From: Octopus bimaculoides
Taxonomy: Eukaryota
Direction of reading: 5' to 3'
Assembly (NCBI RefSeq): GCF_001194135.2
Contig: NC_068989.1
Coordinates: 56,087,958 to 56,123,804, forward strand
Length of the DNA stretch: 35,847 nucleotides
The position numbers and the translations under genes were made by a program. Below, piece after piece: positions 22,865-34,439 of this stretch (the stretch's first letter is position 1; each line of letters starts with the position of its first letter). The notes beneath the pieces were generated by a model, which was not told the DNA's origin, ran no database searches, and was given only the letters and a program-made list of their open reading frames with translations.

Positions 22865-23330
22865 GATGTAAATATTAGACAGAGGAAAACACTAGAGGAT
22901 GGGGAGACAGACAAAGAGAAGGAGAAAGTGGGAGTAGGAGAGAGAGAAAGAGTGGAAGAGAATAAGAGGGAAGGAAAGAGATAGAGAGAAAGACAGAGAT
23001 AGAGACAGGAAAATGGAATGAGAGAAGAGGTGAGATAGTAAGATGTAAGATAGAAAGAGAGTGGGAGAGAATAAGAGAGGAGGAGACAGAGAGAGAGANN
23101 NNNNNNNNACAGGAAAATGGAATGAGAGAAGAGGTGAGATAGTAAGATGTAAGATAGAAAGAGAGTGGGAGAGAATAAGAGAGGAGGAGACAGAGAGAGA
23201 GAGAAAGAGAGAGAGACAAACAAAAACAGCACAGGGGAGAAATAGAGAACAGGGAAGAGGGAGGGAGAGAGAGAGAGAGAGAGAGAAAGAAAGAGAGATA
23301 GGAAGATAAAAGAAGGAGAGAGAAAAATTT
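22865..23330. repeat. GA-rich low-complexity tract with ~90-bp direct duplicate across a gap
   Basis: acaggaaaatggaatgagagaagaggtgagatagtaag occurs on both sides of the N run. Confidence 0.85.
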
Positions 23331-23464
23331 AGAAAGAACTTAGACCACGAAAAAAGGAAAATAAAGAAGTCTTAGGAATTTGTTGTTGTTTGGTCCTAGC
23401 TCTACTCTACTTGAGTAAATCCATAATCGAAGATGCTTCCAACCATGACCAGGCATTGTTTATT

Positions 23465-23825
23465 TTTTTATTCTTTTACTTGTTTCAGTTATTTTGACTG
23501 TGGCCATGCTGGAGCACCGCCTTTAGTGGAACAAATCAACCCCAGGACTTATTCTTTGTAAGCCTAGTGCTAATCCTATCAGTCTCTTTTGCCAAACCAC
23601 TAAGTTTCAGGGATGTAAACACACTAACATCAGCTGTCAAGCAAAGATGGGGGAGGACAAACACAGACACACACAGAGTTTCCGTCTACCAAATCCACTC
23701 ACAAGGCTTTGGTTGGCCCAAGACTATAGTAGAAGACATTTACCCAAGGTGCCACATGATGGGAGAGAACTCGGAACCATGAGGTTTGGAAGCAAGCTTC
23801 TTACCACACAGCCATGCCTGTGCCT
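23465..23825 (-). mobile_element. SINE family A copy
   Basis: ttcttttacttgtttcag...ggccatgctggagcaccgcctttag...cttaccacacagccatgcctg. Confidence 0.85.
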
Positions 23826-24363
23826 GTCTATAAATTATTTCAGACATCAAACAGAGTCTTTCAACAGCAGCATTATCTGATATATTTTTCCATTTTGTTT
23901 CTTTTTAATGACGGTATGATGTGATTTTAGAGACTTAGCTACTGTTTCTAGCAGATCAAACAACCACAAAAATAATCTCTAGCTGGCTCATTGATGTTGA
24001 CTGATTGTGTTGATGTTGTTTTTGTTGTTGCTGCTTTCGTTGTTGTTGTTTTTGTTGTTGCTGCTGCTGTTGTTGTTGTTGTTGTTGTTGTTGTTTAATG
24101 CTTGGTCAACTTTTATCAAACATAACTACAATCAAAAGTAGTTCACCAGTGGTCATTGCATCTTTTAAAAGACTAAGTGTACCTATGACTACATCACCCA
24201 GTGTGTCTTTCCATTTTCTGGGGGTTTTTTAAGATGCTAGGTAATGATTTGGAAGAAGCTTGGTTGCTTTTTCTAGCATGTCATGTAACCATGTAGAGGC
24301 TCTCTCTCTTTGACTCATGTGGGGGACAAGTTGAAATTCGAGAAAGACAAGAAATAGAGAGGA

Positions 24364-24404
<41 letters not shown>

Positions 24405-24669
24405 AAGAGTGAGAGTGAGAGAGACAAACAGACAGACAAAGACGGAGAAAGGGAGAGAGAGAGAGGAGTGTAATAGAAAACCATAGAAACAGAACACATG
24501 TGCAATATATACATGTTGCTCGTACTGACATGTATACACACATGTAAATATATTTACAGACACATGCTGATTGTGTGTGTGTGCGTGTATGCACATGCAT
24601 ATGTGTTCGTGTGTGTGTGTGTGTGAGTGTGTGTGTATACAGATACATGATGTACAGACACATACAATG

Positions 24670-24707
<38 letters not shown>

Positions 24708-24822
24708 TCATCGTTTAACATCCGCATATGCATAATACACACTCAAACATGTACACATGCAAACAATGTGTGTATGTATTTGTATATACATGTATATGTA
24801 TGTGTATGTACTTGTATGTATA

Positions 24823-24872
<50 letters not shown>

Positions 24873-24944
24873 TTTTCCTAACTTGTTTCCTCCCCTTCTT
24901 GTGTCATCATAGAGTGACACACAGATGCACCAAACAACCTTAAA

Positions 24945-26930
24945 CTCTTTCTCACCCCCAATCCTAATCTATACCAAACTGTAAGTATCACCCAAGAACT
25001 ATCCAGCACACATCCATGTACAACACATTGCCACCATCACAGACTCCATGGCACTTCAAGTCAGCTAGCAGGTCGGAACTCTGCTAGTTTTATGCCAATT
25101 ATCATTGACAGAACACATGTTCCTCTCTACACATCACATGGCTATATTGATGCAATCTTCTTTCTAACAGACTTTATTTGATTCCTCTTATGTTCAGTTT
25201 TTCTCTTTGCCCTTTTGTACCCTGTCATTCATGCATGTTAGGATTATACATCTAGTGAAGCATGCTTACTTCATTTGTTTCTAGCTTTCACAGATCCTCT
25301 GCATTCAGGGCCCACATCTCACTACTATGTAACATTGTATTTCACACTCAAGCATCATACAATTTGCCCTTCACTCTGACAGAGAAGCCCCATATTACAT
25401 GTAAAGGTAATAGCTCCCCTAACTATCTTCAGCCGGTTCCTATTCTGGCTACTATGCTCTCAGAACACTCACAACCACAACTAATTAGTTCTCCTTGGTC
25501 ACAGAAGCTCTCAACTATTTCTAGAGAACCATCTGGTCATTGGATAGAGTCTTGTATATCACACGTGCTCTTTAACTTACTGCCCCTCTGCACCTACTAC
25601 ATATTTGCCTACTTGTGATCACATTACATTTATAGAGTGTCCACAGTTTAACTAAGTACACTGTGTAGAGTTCCTACCAACTCCTTGTCTATAAATTGAG
25701 CAAGGTCAGTTTTAATTTCTAACACTTTAGTCTTTGCTAAATTCACTTTGAGGTGCCTCAATTCAAGATTTTGTCTCCATATCTGAAATATCTTTTCCAA
25801 TTCTAGAGTAAGTTCAGCTTTAAGAGCTTGATCATCTTAGCAGTGAACAATAATGAACAGAAAAGGGCTGTGGACTGATCCATAGCGTACCCCAACTTTC
25901 TTCCTCAATTCATTGCTATACTTATCACTAACCCTAACCTTACTGACTGCACCTCTGTACATGACTTGCACAGTTCTCATAAGCCATTCATCTACTCCAA
26001 GCTTCCTCAGTGACCACCAGGTCACAGAGTGGAGAATCCTTTCAAAGTCTTCTCTGGGACAACAAAAACCAGGTTAAGGGGGCTTATACCTAGCTATATA
26101 CTTCTATAGTTGTCCCACTTAAAGGATGGTTTCAGTAGTACTTCTTTCTGGTACAAAACTAAACTGCATAGCATCTATGTTGACTCTCTCCTAAGTTAAT
26201 TGTGCTGTAACTCTTTCTGCAACCTCCATGACCTGATTCAACTGTTTATAATCACTAGTTTTCCCTCTCTAATGCATCATTTTTGCCCCTGTATCAGTTA
26301 ATGATGATTCTGCTCCACTAAACATTGGATTTGGCATTCCCCTGTACTTCTTGATGTATTATGCAAGTGACCAGCCCATATCCCACTCTGCCAGACATTT
26401 TAAGCACCTCAGCTTTTATTCCCTGTCTTCATATCCTGAGTCACTTTTTCTACCACACTGCAGTTGATTTGAATGTCTGGCTCACCTGTTGTGTCTATTT
26501 GGGGGTAATCCTTCTACCTCCCATGCTTTCTTCTTGTATAATAGCCTCTCAAAATTACGTCTTCAGGCCTTTTTTTTACATTGTAGGACTGAGGGTTCCA
26601 TCATGTTTTTGCATATAGTTTACCTGAATGACCTCAATTTTCTCTCACACTGGCCTAGCAAACCAAAATATCCCCTGCCTCTGATCTTCATGTCTTTGAA
26701 AATTGGCAAACTACTTACTCTGGGCTTCCCCTCTTTGTTTCACTTTTCTTATATCTTACTTCTCTTCTTACAAGTTGGTATTCCTCTTTACTGCCCCTTT
26801 TTAACCAGTCTTCCCAAGATTATCTCTTAGCTTTTATGGCTCTATCTACAGCTACGTATTCCACTATCATATCACCCTCCTTTTGACAAGGACTTTGCCT
26901 CTGCCACAGATTAAGTCTGTCATTTACAGT
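24945..26930 (-). mobile_element. Old ~2-kb RTE-clade LINE remnant with decayed RT
   Basis: WWSLRKLGVDEWLMRTVQVMYRGAVSKVRV...VGVRYGSVHSPFLFII; downstream LYDA*V..MLHSSEMWAL resembles the element at 1645-2193. Many stops and frameshifts. Confidence 0.85.
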
Positions 26931-26950
26931 AGGTTATCTCATAGAAATTA

Positions 26951-27456
26951 CACCTCCCTTTAACCAGAAAGGCAAGGCAGTTTTCATTATGTTGGTGGCT
27001 ATGGTGAAAGAATGTGTATGGTGGACTCGTTTGAAAGGTTTAGACAAACACTTTCCTTGCTGGCCAACCTCTCATCAAGTTTCGTCTAATGAAAAGTTTA
27101 ACAAAAGGTGGATGAATGTGGCAAGGATAGTACGCATGAATGACGGAACCACCTTGAGCATGATCCTATAAAACAAAGAGAGAAAGAGCACTTTGTTCTC
27201 ATGTTATTGTATTTTTTTTTTTTGTTTCCGAAGTTACCGTAGTTCTTTTTCATAGGTTTTTCTTTCCCCAGATAAACCTAGTCAATGTTATATTTACTCC
27301 CCTTTTTGGGAATACTAATTGTTAAAAATGAAACTTTTATTTCCTTGTATACACATCCCAAAACGTTTTTCAATCCCTTTTGATCATTTTCGAAAAGAAA
27401 ACTTCTACATTGTATTGTCCCCACTGTGTTCGGCCCTGCATGGCTAATAAAAAAAT
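26951..27456 (+). mobile_element. Unclassified 506-bp insertion with 17-bp direct repeats and short A tail
   Basis: ttatctcatagaaatta at 26934-26950 and 27457-27473; ends taataaaaaaat. Confidence 0.5.
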
Positions 27457-27489
27457 TTATCTCATAGAAATTAGTAGCTGTCCTCTATA

Positions 27490-27620
27490 ATGGGGTGCTG
27501 AAAAGTTCCTGGCTTTAGGAGGATCAGTTAATACAGTCTGCCTTTTACTCTGAGTGAGAGGCCCTTTGCCCAGGCTATTCTTATTCTAGCAGCTACACTT
27601 TCAGTGCACCCCCCCCCCAC
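27490..27620. mobile_element. Deleted mariner-derived MITE
   Basis: Left TIR ggggtgctgaaaagttcctggcttt, degenerate right TIR ctttcagtgcaccccc, TA flanks; same family as 29071-29292. Confidence 0.65.
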
Positions 27621-27839
27621 TACTAACTTGGTCACCCAGATATCGGAAGCTATCAACTACGTCCAAAATTTAAAAATTCTGCTTCTATACTTAGTAGAGA
27701 TAAGGCTGTATGAATATTATTTTAGCAAGTTTAAAGTGATTTCTTTCGTACCATACACCATTTTCATTTCTGTGGTGCCCCCATCCCATGATGCCCTAAG
27801 CGCGTGCTTATTTTGCTTAATGGATTAATTCAGCGCTGC

Positions 27840-28055
27840 TCATAGGGCCGGTTTCTTGGTTACCATGGCATATGTATTTCCCACCTGGACAGGATACTGG
27901 TCCTTCACAGGATTGCTCATTTTTGCCAGCTAAGTGAACTGAAGCAATGTGAAATGAAGTGTTTTGCTCAAGAAGACAATGCGTTGCTTGGTCCAAGAAT
28001 TGAAATCACAAGCTTACAATCATGAATCCAACACCCTTACCACTAAGCCATGCAC
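27840..28055 (-). mobile_element. SINE family B
   Basis: cccacctggacagga...ttttgccagctaagtg...gttttgctcaagaa...cccttaccactaagccatg. Confidence 0.85.
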
Positions 28056-28085
28056 CTTCTTACATGCTACACTAACTCTTATATA

Positions 28086-28339
28086 AAGTCATGGCCAAAA
28101 GTTTAGAACATAGGTCTGAAAATTAGAATTTTTATATTAAATGCACAAAGTTATATTTAATTTGAAATATATTTTTATTTGGCCAAAAGTTTGGAACACA
28201 GGTTTGAAAATTAGAATTGAACCATTGGATCAATTATTAGGTAAGTATATCTCTGCATTGTATATATTTGAATCAAATTGTATTTGAGCATAATAATTTT
28301 AATTTTTTTTTAAATGTTCCAAACTTTTGGCCACGACTG
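28086..28339. mobile_element. Tc1-derived MITE with an extra internal TIR copy
   Basis: TIRs agtcatggccaaaagtttagaaca / tgttccaaacttttggccacgactg with TA flanks. Confidence 0.85.
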
Positions 28340-28544
28340 TAGTTGTTTACTTTGTTTAGATATCAAGAGTAAGGCCATGCTGGAACACATTCTTAAGATG
28401 ACTGCTGAGCCACTAAATTATGGAGATGTAGACAAACCAACATTGGTTGTCAAGTGGTAGTGAGGACCCGCACATGTGCGCATATATATATGTGTATGTG
28501 TGTGTGTGTGCAAATGCATGCATGTGTGTGTGTGTGTGTGTGTG

Positions 28545-28740
28545 CATGAAGGCACATGGCCTAGTGTTTAGAGTGTTGTACTCACAATTGCAAGCTCATG
28601 GTTCAATTCCTACACTGGCTGTGTGTTGTGTTCTTGTGTTCTTCATCTAAAACACTTTGTTATTTCACATTGTTGCCATCTACTCAGTTATAAACGGATA
28701 ATGATGTGACGGACCGGCACTCTGTTCTGGGGCAATGTCA
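28545..28740 (+). mobile_element. Older SINE family B
   Basis: gaaggcacatggcctagtgtttagagtg...ggttcaattcc...aaaacactt...gacggaccggcactc. Confidence 0.7.
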
Positions 28741-29070
28741 GTTTACCTGTCTAGCCAGAAATTGAAAATGGAGAATTTTAATGTGTAAGCAAATAAAATA
28801 ATGTATACAATATGTGAGTGTTATTGTAGAGTTGAGTAAGTGAGACAAACAAGTTGATGTCTTAATTTCAGTGAAGGAATTTTGTGTTTATCATGGAATG
28901 GTGAAAAAACAAAAATAGAAAGAGATCAAATGCACAGCAGCTGCAACGCACTCACAGACACACACATTCACATATATCCATGCATAAATACACACATGCA
29001 TGCATATGCATATTCGTGCACATATTAATGCATGCACACTCATAGGTACTCTCTCTCTCCCACACTCATA

Positions 29071-29292
29071 CGAAGTGGGTGCTGAAAAGTTCCTGGCTTT
29101 GGGTAAAAGAAAATACAGGAGGACCAGTTAATTGTAATTTTATTGAACATATTCCTGTCTCAGATTTACATGCTTATCGCAGCAGTCCTTCAGTTTTCCT
29201 AAACCTTGTAAAAGAACTCAGGAAGTTGTGGCTCCAACCAGGCTTTTCATGATACCCTTAAAGCCAGGAACTTTTCATTCCCCCCCCCCTCG
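29071..29292. mobile_element. Mariner-derived MITE (~220 bp)
   Basis: gctgaaaagttcctggcttt / aaagccaggaacttttca inverted ends, TA at 29069-29070. Confidence 0.85.
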
Positions 29293-29574
29293 CACGCNNN
29301 NNNNNNNNNNNNNNNNNNNNNNNNACAACACTAGGTCATGTGCCTTCATGCACATACACACACATGCATGCATTTGCACACACACACACACACACACATA
29401 CACACACACACACATACACACACACACACATACACATACATATATATATGTGCGCACATGTGCGGGTCCTCACTACCACTTGACATCCAGTGTTGGTTTG
29501 TCTACATCTCCATAACTTAGGGGCTCAAAGCACAATACCACAGATGTGGAGAAAAACAATGAGTATGCACTTAA

Positions 29575-29933
29575 TTGACCTGCGGCTCTGTTGTGCCTTG
29601 TGAAGTGCCTGTGCCATGAAAACATTGCATATGACCCATTGCTTCATCGCCATAAGCTTGCCAAAGCTTGCTCAATGTCTCTGTAGCAGACTTCCCAAGT
29701 TTAACACAAAATTGGATCTTTGTTCCAACTTCTTGTCCATGACAAAAATCACAGACTATAGTATACATGCGATCACAAAAACACAAATTTCACAACTTGC
29801 AAAGTAAACACAATGATGTCACTCAGCACACTGCCTCATGAAGGTCACTGCTAGCTCTCACTACACACGCAACCGTATGCTGCCATCTGTTGGCATGCTC
29901 CAGAACTAGTCCAGGAACTTTTTGATACCACAA
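29575..29933 (-). mobile_element. Mariner element 5' end: TIR and HTH remnant
   Basis: TIR gtggtatcaaaaagttcctggac; ATG 29740 MDKKLEQR..FCVKLGKSATETLSKLWQAYGDEAMGHMQCF (frameshifted). Confidence 0.85.
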
Positions 29934-29944
29934 TATATATACAT

Positions 29945-30125
29945 CAAACCATTCAATTTTTTTTCTCCGTGTTTTTCTCCTTGTTTTCTCCATATTCTTT
30001 CTGTTGAAGAGCGTAGCTCGAAACGTTAAAGACTTTCTATATTCCCAAGCGTTAAACTAATACATCCTTTTGTTGTTTACACCACCTGTCCTCGTCTGTT
30101 GTTGTTTTTTTTCGTAAATTCTCCC
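29945..30125 (+). mobile_element. Penelope-like terminal-repeat-type fragment
   Basis: Pyrimidine-rich segment carrying the ctg..gaag-stem-cgaaacgt motif characteristic of PLE terminal repeats. Confidence 0.55.
29996..30032 (+). ncRNA. Minimal type I hammerhead ribozyme motif with an A6U core substitution
   Basis: Stem I UCUUU/AAAGA; core CUG-UU-GA-A; stem II GAGC-GUA-GCUC; GAAA; palindromic ACGU stem III; cleavage triplet GUU. Confidence 0.65.
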
Positions 30126-30189
30126 ATGAACATACATATATATATGTGCGTATGTGTGTGCATGTATATATATATATATATATATATAT

Positions 30190-30352
30190 GATGGGCTTCC
30201 ACACAATTTCTCTTTACTAAATCCATGCATAAATCTTTGTCTAGCCTAGGGCTATAGCGGAAGGCCCTTGGTCAAGGTGCCATGCAGTGGGATGGAACCC
30301 AAGACCACATTGTCGGGAAACAAGCATCTCAAACACACAGCCATGTCTACAC
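30190..30352 (-). mobile_element. SINE family A 5' half
   Basis: atgggcttcc...aaatccatgcataa...caaggtgccatgcagtggg...acacagccatg. Confidence 0.75.
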
Positions 30353-30599
30353 CTATTTATAGATTTATTTATTGTTGTTTTTCACATCATATTTTATTTA
30401 TTCATGTTTATCTTTTTTACTATATTTATTTACTTATGCATTTTTCAGCTCCTGCTGCCAACCCCATTCCACCAAAGTCTGGTTATTTTAGCAGGAACAC
30501 ATGGTAATCTCTTTGGGTCGGGTCCTTCCTCTCTGGAATAACCATTGATATAATGGGCAAGGGAAAGGGGAAGATAGGTGTAAGGGTGTTTGGCTTGAG

Positions 30600-30885
30600 A
30601 AAGGTGGCAGTAGCAGAAGTAGTGGTGGTGGTGGTGGTGGTGGTGGTGGTGGTAGTAGTGGCAGAGGTAGTGGTGGTTGCTAAGTGTAGTGTTAGTGATG
30701 GTGTGGAGATAGTAATGGTGTTTGTGGTAGTGTTAGTGGTGATGGTGGTTGGTGGCTGTAGCGGTATTACTGCTGCTGCTGCTACTGCTGCTGGTGTTGG
30801 TGGTGATGACAGTGATGTGATTTAGATGGAGTAGATACTGATGATGGTAGTGCTACTGGTAGTGTTGTTGTTGCTGTCGTTGATG

Positions 30886-30917
<32 letters not shown>

Positions 30918-30965
30918 GGTGGTGCTGCTGCTGCTGCTGCTACTACTACTACTACTACTGATATG
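30600..30965. repeat. (GGT)/(GCT)/(GTT)/(CTA) compound trinucleotide array
   Basis: Directly visible. Confidence 0.9.
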
Positions 30966-30973
30966 ATTTAGAT

Positions 30974-31239
30974 CAGGAATAGACAATTTTTTATCAACTG
31001 GGGGCCGCATCGTACCATTTCCAAGTGGGAGAGGGCTGCATGATAAAACACATATGCATGAAATATTACTTACCCACTTTACACTGGATTTTTTGCAGTT
31101 CTTCTTAATTTTATTTGTCTTATTATGAAAGTTTATTTGTCTTAGTATGAAATTAGTAACCTAGAAAAACCGTCGAGGGCCGCACAGCAACATGTTGAGA
31201 GCCACATGCGGCCCATGGGCCACAAGTTGCTCATGCATG
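30974..31239. mobile_element. hAT-type MITE with perfect 8-bp TSD
   Basis: TSD atttagat at 30966-30973 and 31240-31247; cag...catg ends; subterminal gggccgca/gcggccc motifs. Confidence 0.85.
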
Positions 31240-32154
31240 ATTTAGATGGTGTAAATGATGATTGTGATTGACGATTTTTGTTGTCATGGCGGTGGTCAGT
31301 GACGTAGCGTTGGTCTGAGAAATGTGTCTTATAACGACAATAATGTCATTTACAGAAACTGACCACAGTGGGGTGAAGACCAGTTTGAACTCACAACCTA
31401 TTACATTAAGGACATAGCACTTCAAACTACCTCACCACCTCTAACACTCTGTGAGTTCTTAATTATTCAATCAGAATAATAAAAAAAACACAATTAGAGA
31501 CTGTTTTCTTATGAGAGTTCTTAAAAACACATTTACCATTTCTTTGATCCAGGATGATTGGTTCAGCAATGTTCTTGGCACCATGCTGAGTTGAGGAACA
31601 ATAAATAAACTATACTGCTTTAGTTGAAGACTTCTAAACAGTCTCAACAGTTCTAAGAGAATGGTAATATTTCCTCTCTTTAAGGGTGGTGTAGTTACAG
31701 AAACAGAAAAATTGAGAGCACCAACCATGTGATGTTTAATTATGTCCTCCCACTAAGTGAGCAGAGACGTGGCTGTGTGGTGAAGAAATTTACTTTCCAA
31801 ACTTGTACCTTTGGGTTCGATCCCACCCTATGGCACCTTGGGCAACAGTTTTATCCTGTAGCCTCAGATAAGCTGGTACATTGTGAGTGAAATTTGGTTA
31901 AATGAAAATTATGCTTGATTTCACTCTCTATGCACAGATGTAAAGTACTCTGTCCACACTGTAAAGTGGTTGATATTAAGGAGAGACATCATACTATAGA
32001 ACCCACGCTAAAGCAAACATTGAAGTTGGAGCATGATGTAGTCCTTTAGTCTTTTGACACATTATATCCTGTCAAATCACCCAACCTAGGTCAGCAGAGA
32101 ACACTGACATTAAATGATGATGATCACACACACATACTTACACACACACATACA

Positions 32155-32231
32155 TAGGGTGTCCATAAATTATCTTTGCATCTTCCATACTTTTAAAACT
32201 TATATTGTAAAGGGACTTTATGGACACCCTG
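32155..32231. mobile_element. 77-bp Tc1/mariner-type MITE
   Basis: agggtgtccataaa / tttatggacaccct inverted ends, right TA. Confidence 0.8.
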
Positions 32232-32271
<40 letters not shown>

Positions 32272-32341
32272 TGTATGTATGTATGTATATGTATACGTAT
32301 ATGTATGTATATATGTATGTATGTATGTATGTATATATATA

Positions 32342-32375
<34 letters not shown>

Positions 32376-32556
32376 AAGTAACTGACAAACAGCCTTGTTA
32401 TCATCTTGAAAAATGATGAAATAAATTCTTGTTTTGACTAGGAAACCCTGGGTAGCTGTATTTAACAAGAATTGCAGTTTTTATTACAACAGTATATACA
32501 TATATATGTGTGTGTGTGTATGTATGTATGGATGTATGTATCTATCTATCTATCTA

Positions 32557-32598
<42 letters not shown>

Positions 32599-32801
32599 TA
32601 TATAAAAGTGGGAATGAATGAATTCAGTGTATGGCAAGTTTACCATTCAGGTAGTGGCTCTTATTAGTAATCACATTAAATCCCAGCTGTTGCATGATCC
32701 CTAAGGAACTCAATGTGGTCTGAGAAAAGCTGTAACATATGTAACAGATGCAATAAAGTAATACCAAGTTTACGCCCATGTTTATTCTGTCGTTATATAT
32801 A

Positions 32802-33782
32802 CACAGACATGCAGGAAGTAAATAGACACCTTTAATTTTCAAAATCTTTTATTTAATACGCAAAGTGAACAATTGAAATGTAATTGATAGGTAGGACCAC
32901 ATACTTTAGTATTTAGTTGACATTCTCTTTGCAGTTTTTAATTCAGAAACTCTTTTTGGCATTGAACTGATAAGCTTTGTGATTGTCTCTTGTTGAATTT
33001 CTGCCCACTTTTCACGCAACAATCAATACAACTCATCTTTAGATTTAGGTTTCGGTTGAATTTTTCATATAGCTCTATCTAGTATGCTCCAAAGATTTTC
33101 AATTGGGTTCATGTCAGGAGATTGGCCCAGCAAAGGAAATTTTTTGATCCCATTTTCAGTCAGCCATTGTTGATTCCTTTTCGCTGTGTGGCATGGAGCC
33201 CCTTCTTCCATGAATAAAAACTCATTTTTCATTATGTTATGTGAATACATCAGAAGTAGTCTTTGCTTAAGTATTTCAATGTATTTTTCAGAGTTTATGG
33301 TTCCAACACATTCAATCAGCTCAGAATGACCATTGCTAGCGACAGCTCTCCATACCATTACAGAGATACCGCCATGTTTCACAGTTGGTTGGAGTCATTT
33401 CAAATCAAATTCTTCATTGGGAAGCCTCCAGACCCAAACACGTCCAGTGTCTGAAAATAATGCAAATCTGGATTCATCTGAGAAAATCACTCTATCCCAA
33501 AATGAACTGGATTTTTAGCAAGAGGAATTTGAAGATTTTTGGCAATTTTTCACTGGCTAAGACCAGTCTCAGATTGCCCAACAATATGACCACTTTGAAA
33601 ATCTGACAGTTCTGCTGAAGTTTTTTGTGCGTGGCATGGTTACTCTTTGCAAATGATTAATATAATGGCAACTGGAATAAAAAAGAATAATTCTAAATTC
33701 TACACCACTAAAAACATATTAAGATGCTTAGATCAGAAATTTTGAAAATTAAAGGTGTCTACTTACTTCCTGCATGTCTGTG
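32802..33782 (-). mobile_element. Internally deleted Tc1 (DD34E) element with 44-bp TIRs
   Basis: TIRs 32802-32845 and 33739-33782 differ by one base, TA TSD. Transposase pieces VIFSDESRF, KHGGISVMVW, FMEEGAPCH, SPDMNPIENLW. Confidence 0.95.
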
Positions 33783-33786
33783 TATA

Positions 33787-33834
<48 letters not shown>

Positions 33835-34029
33835 TATATAGTCATCTAAGAATTCATGAGTCAGAAAAAAGCCTTACACATATGATACTCCTCAACATCC
33901 CAACCTTAATTGAATATGAATACCAATACCTAACTCCTACATGCACTTTCAGAAAATTCTTGTAAACTGTCGTGTGTGGGAAATGAAAAGAGGTTCACCT
34001 ACCTTCCTCTCTCATCTTTGCCCATTTAG

Positions 34030-34400
34030 TAGTAGTCACTCTGGCGACCCTACCTTACCCTGTCACCCAGTATAAGCAGCTGCTATCTCACCAACCTGAG
34101 AGCGAATTCCCTCACATCCATTTGCAATGCCTCGGCCGGCAAAAAGAGGATGACCCTGTCCTTTCCCCCACTTCTCACTTCCCTTCTCACGCTTCCTCTT
34201 CTGGTCAGTCCCTTGACCATTGACATCATGGCCCACTTCTTCCGACTCATCCCCACGCCCCCCCCCCCACTGATCTCAAAGACCACCTCCTCACTTCACT
34301 CTATGTCAAAATCTACTACCCACCTGGGTGGGTGACCTTCTTAAACTGGGAACCTCATTCTCTTCCTCTTCTCCACAGTCATCATCTGATGAAACAACAA
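34030..34400 (+). mobile_element. Possible Penelope-like ORF C-terminal remnant
   Basis: C-rich decayed coding-like tract; IMAHF, aaagaccac and KLGT pieces recall the PLE RT-to-GIY-YIG region. By eye only. Confidence 0.3.
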
Positions 34401-34439
34401 TCCTACTAACATCCAAGACATGACACGGCATTCCATCCA

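Noticed and set aside
23005-23200. Direct duplicates flanking N gaps (also 14711-15110)
   Set aside because: Most likely unmerged contig overlaps rather than biology.
27422-27428. CACTGTG RSS/Transib-like heptamer
   Set aside because: No nonamer, partner TIR or 5-bp TSD found.
34385-34400. ctgatgaaac hammerhead-like core
   Set aside because: No stem II or stem I can be built.
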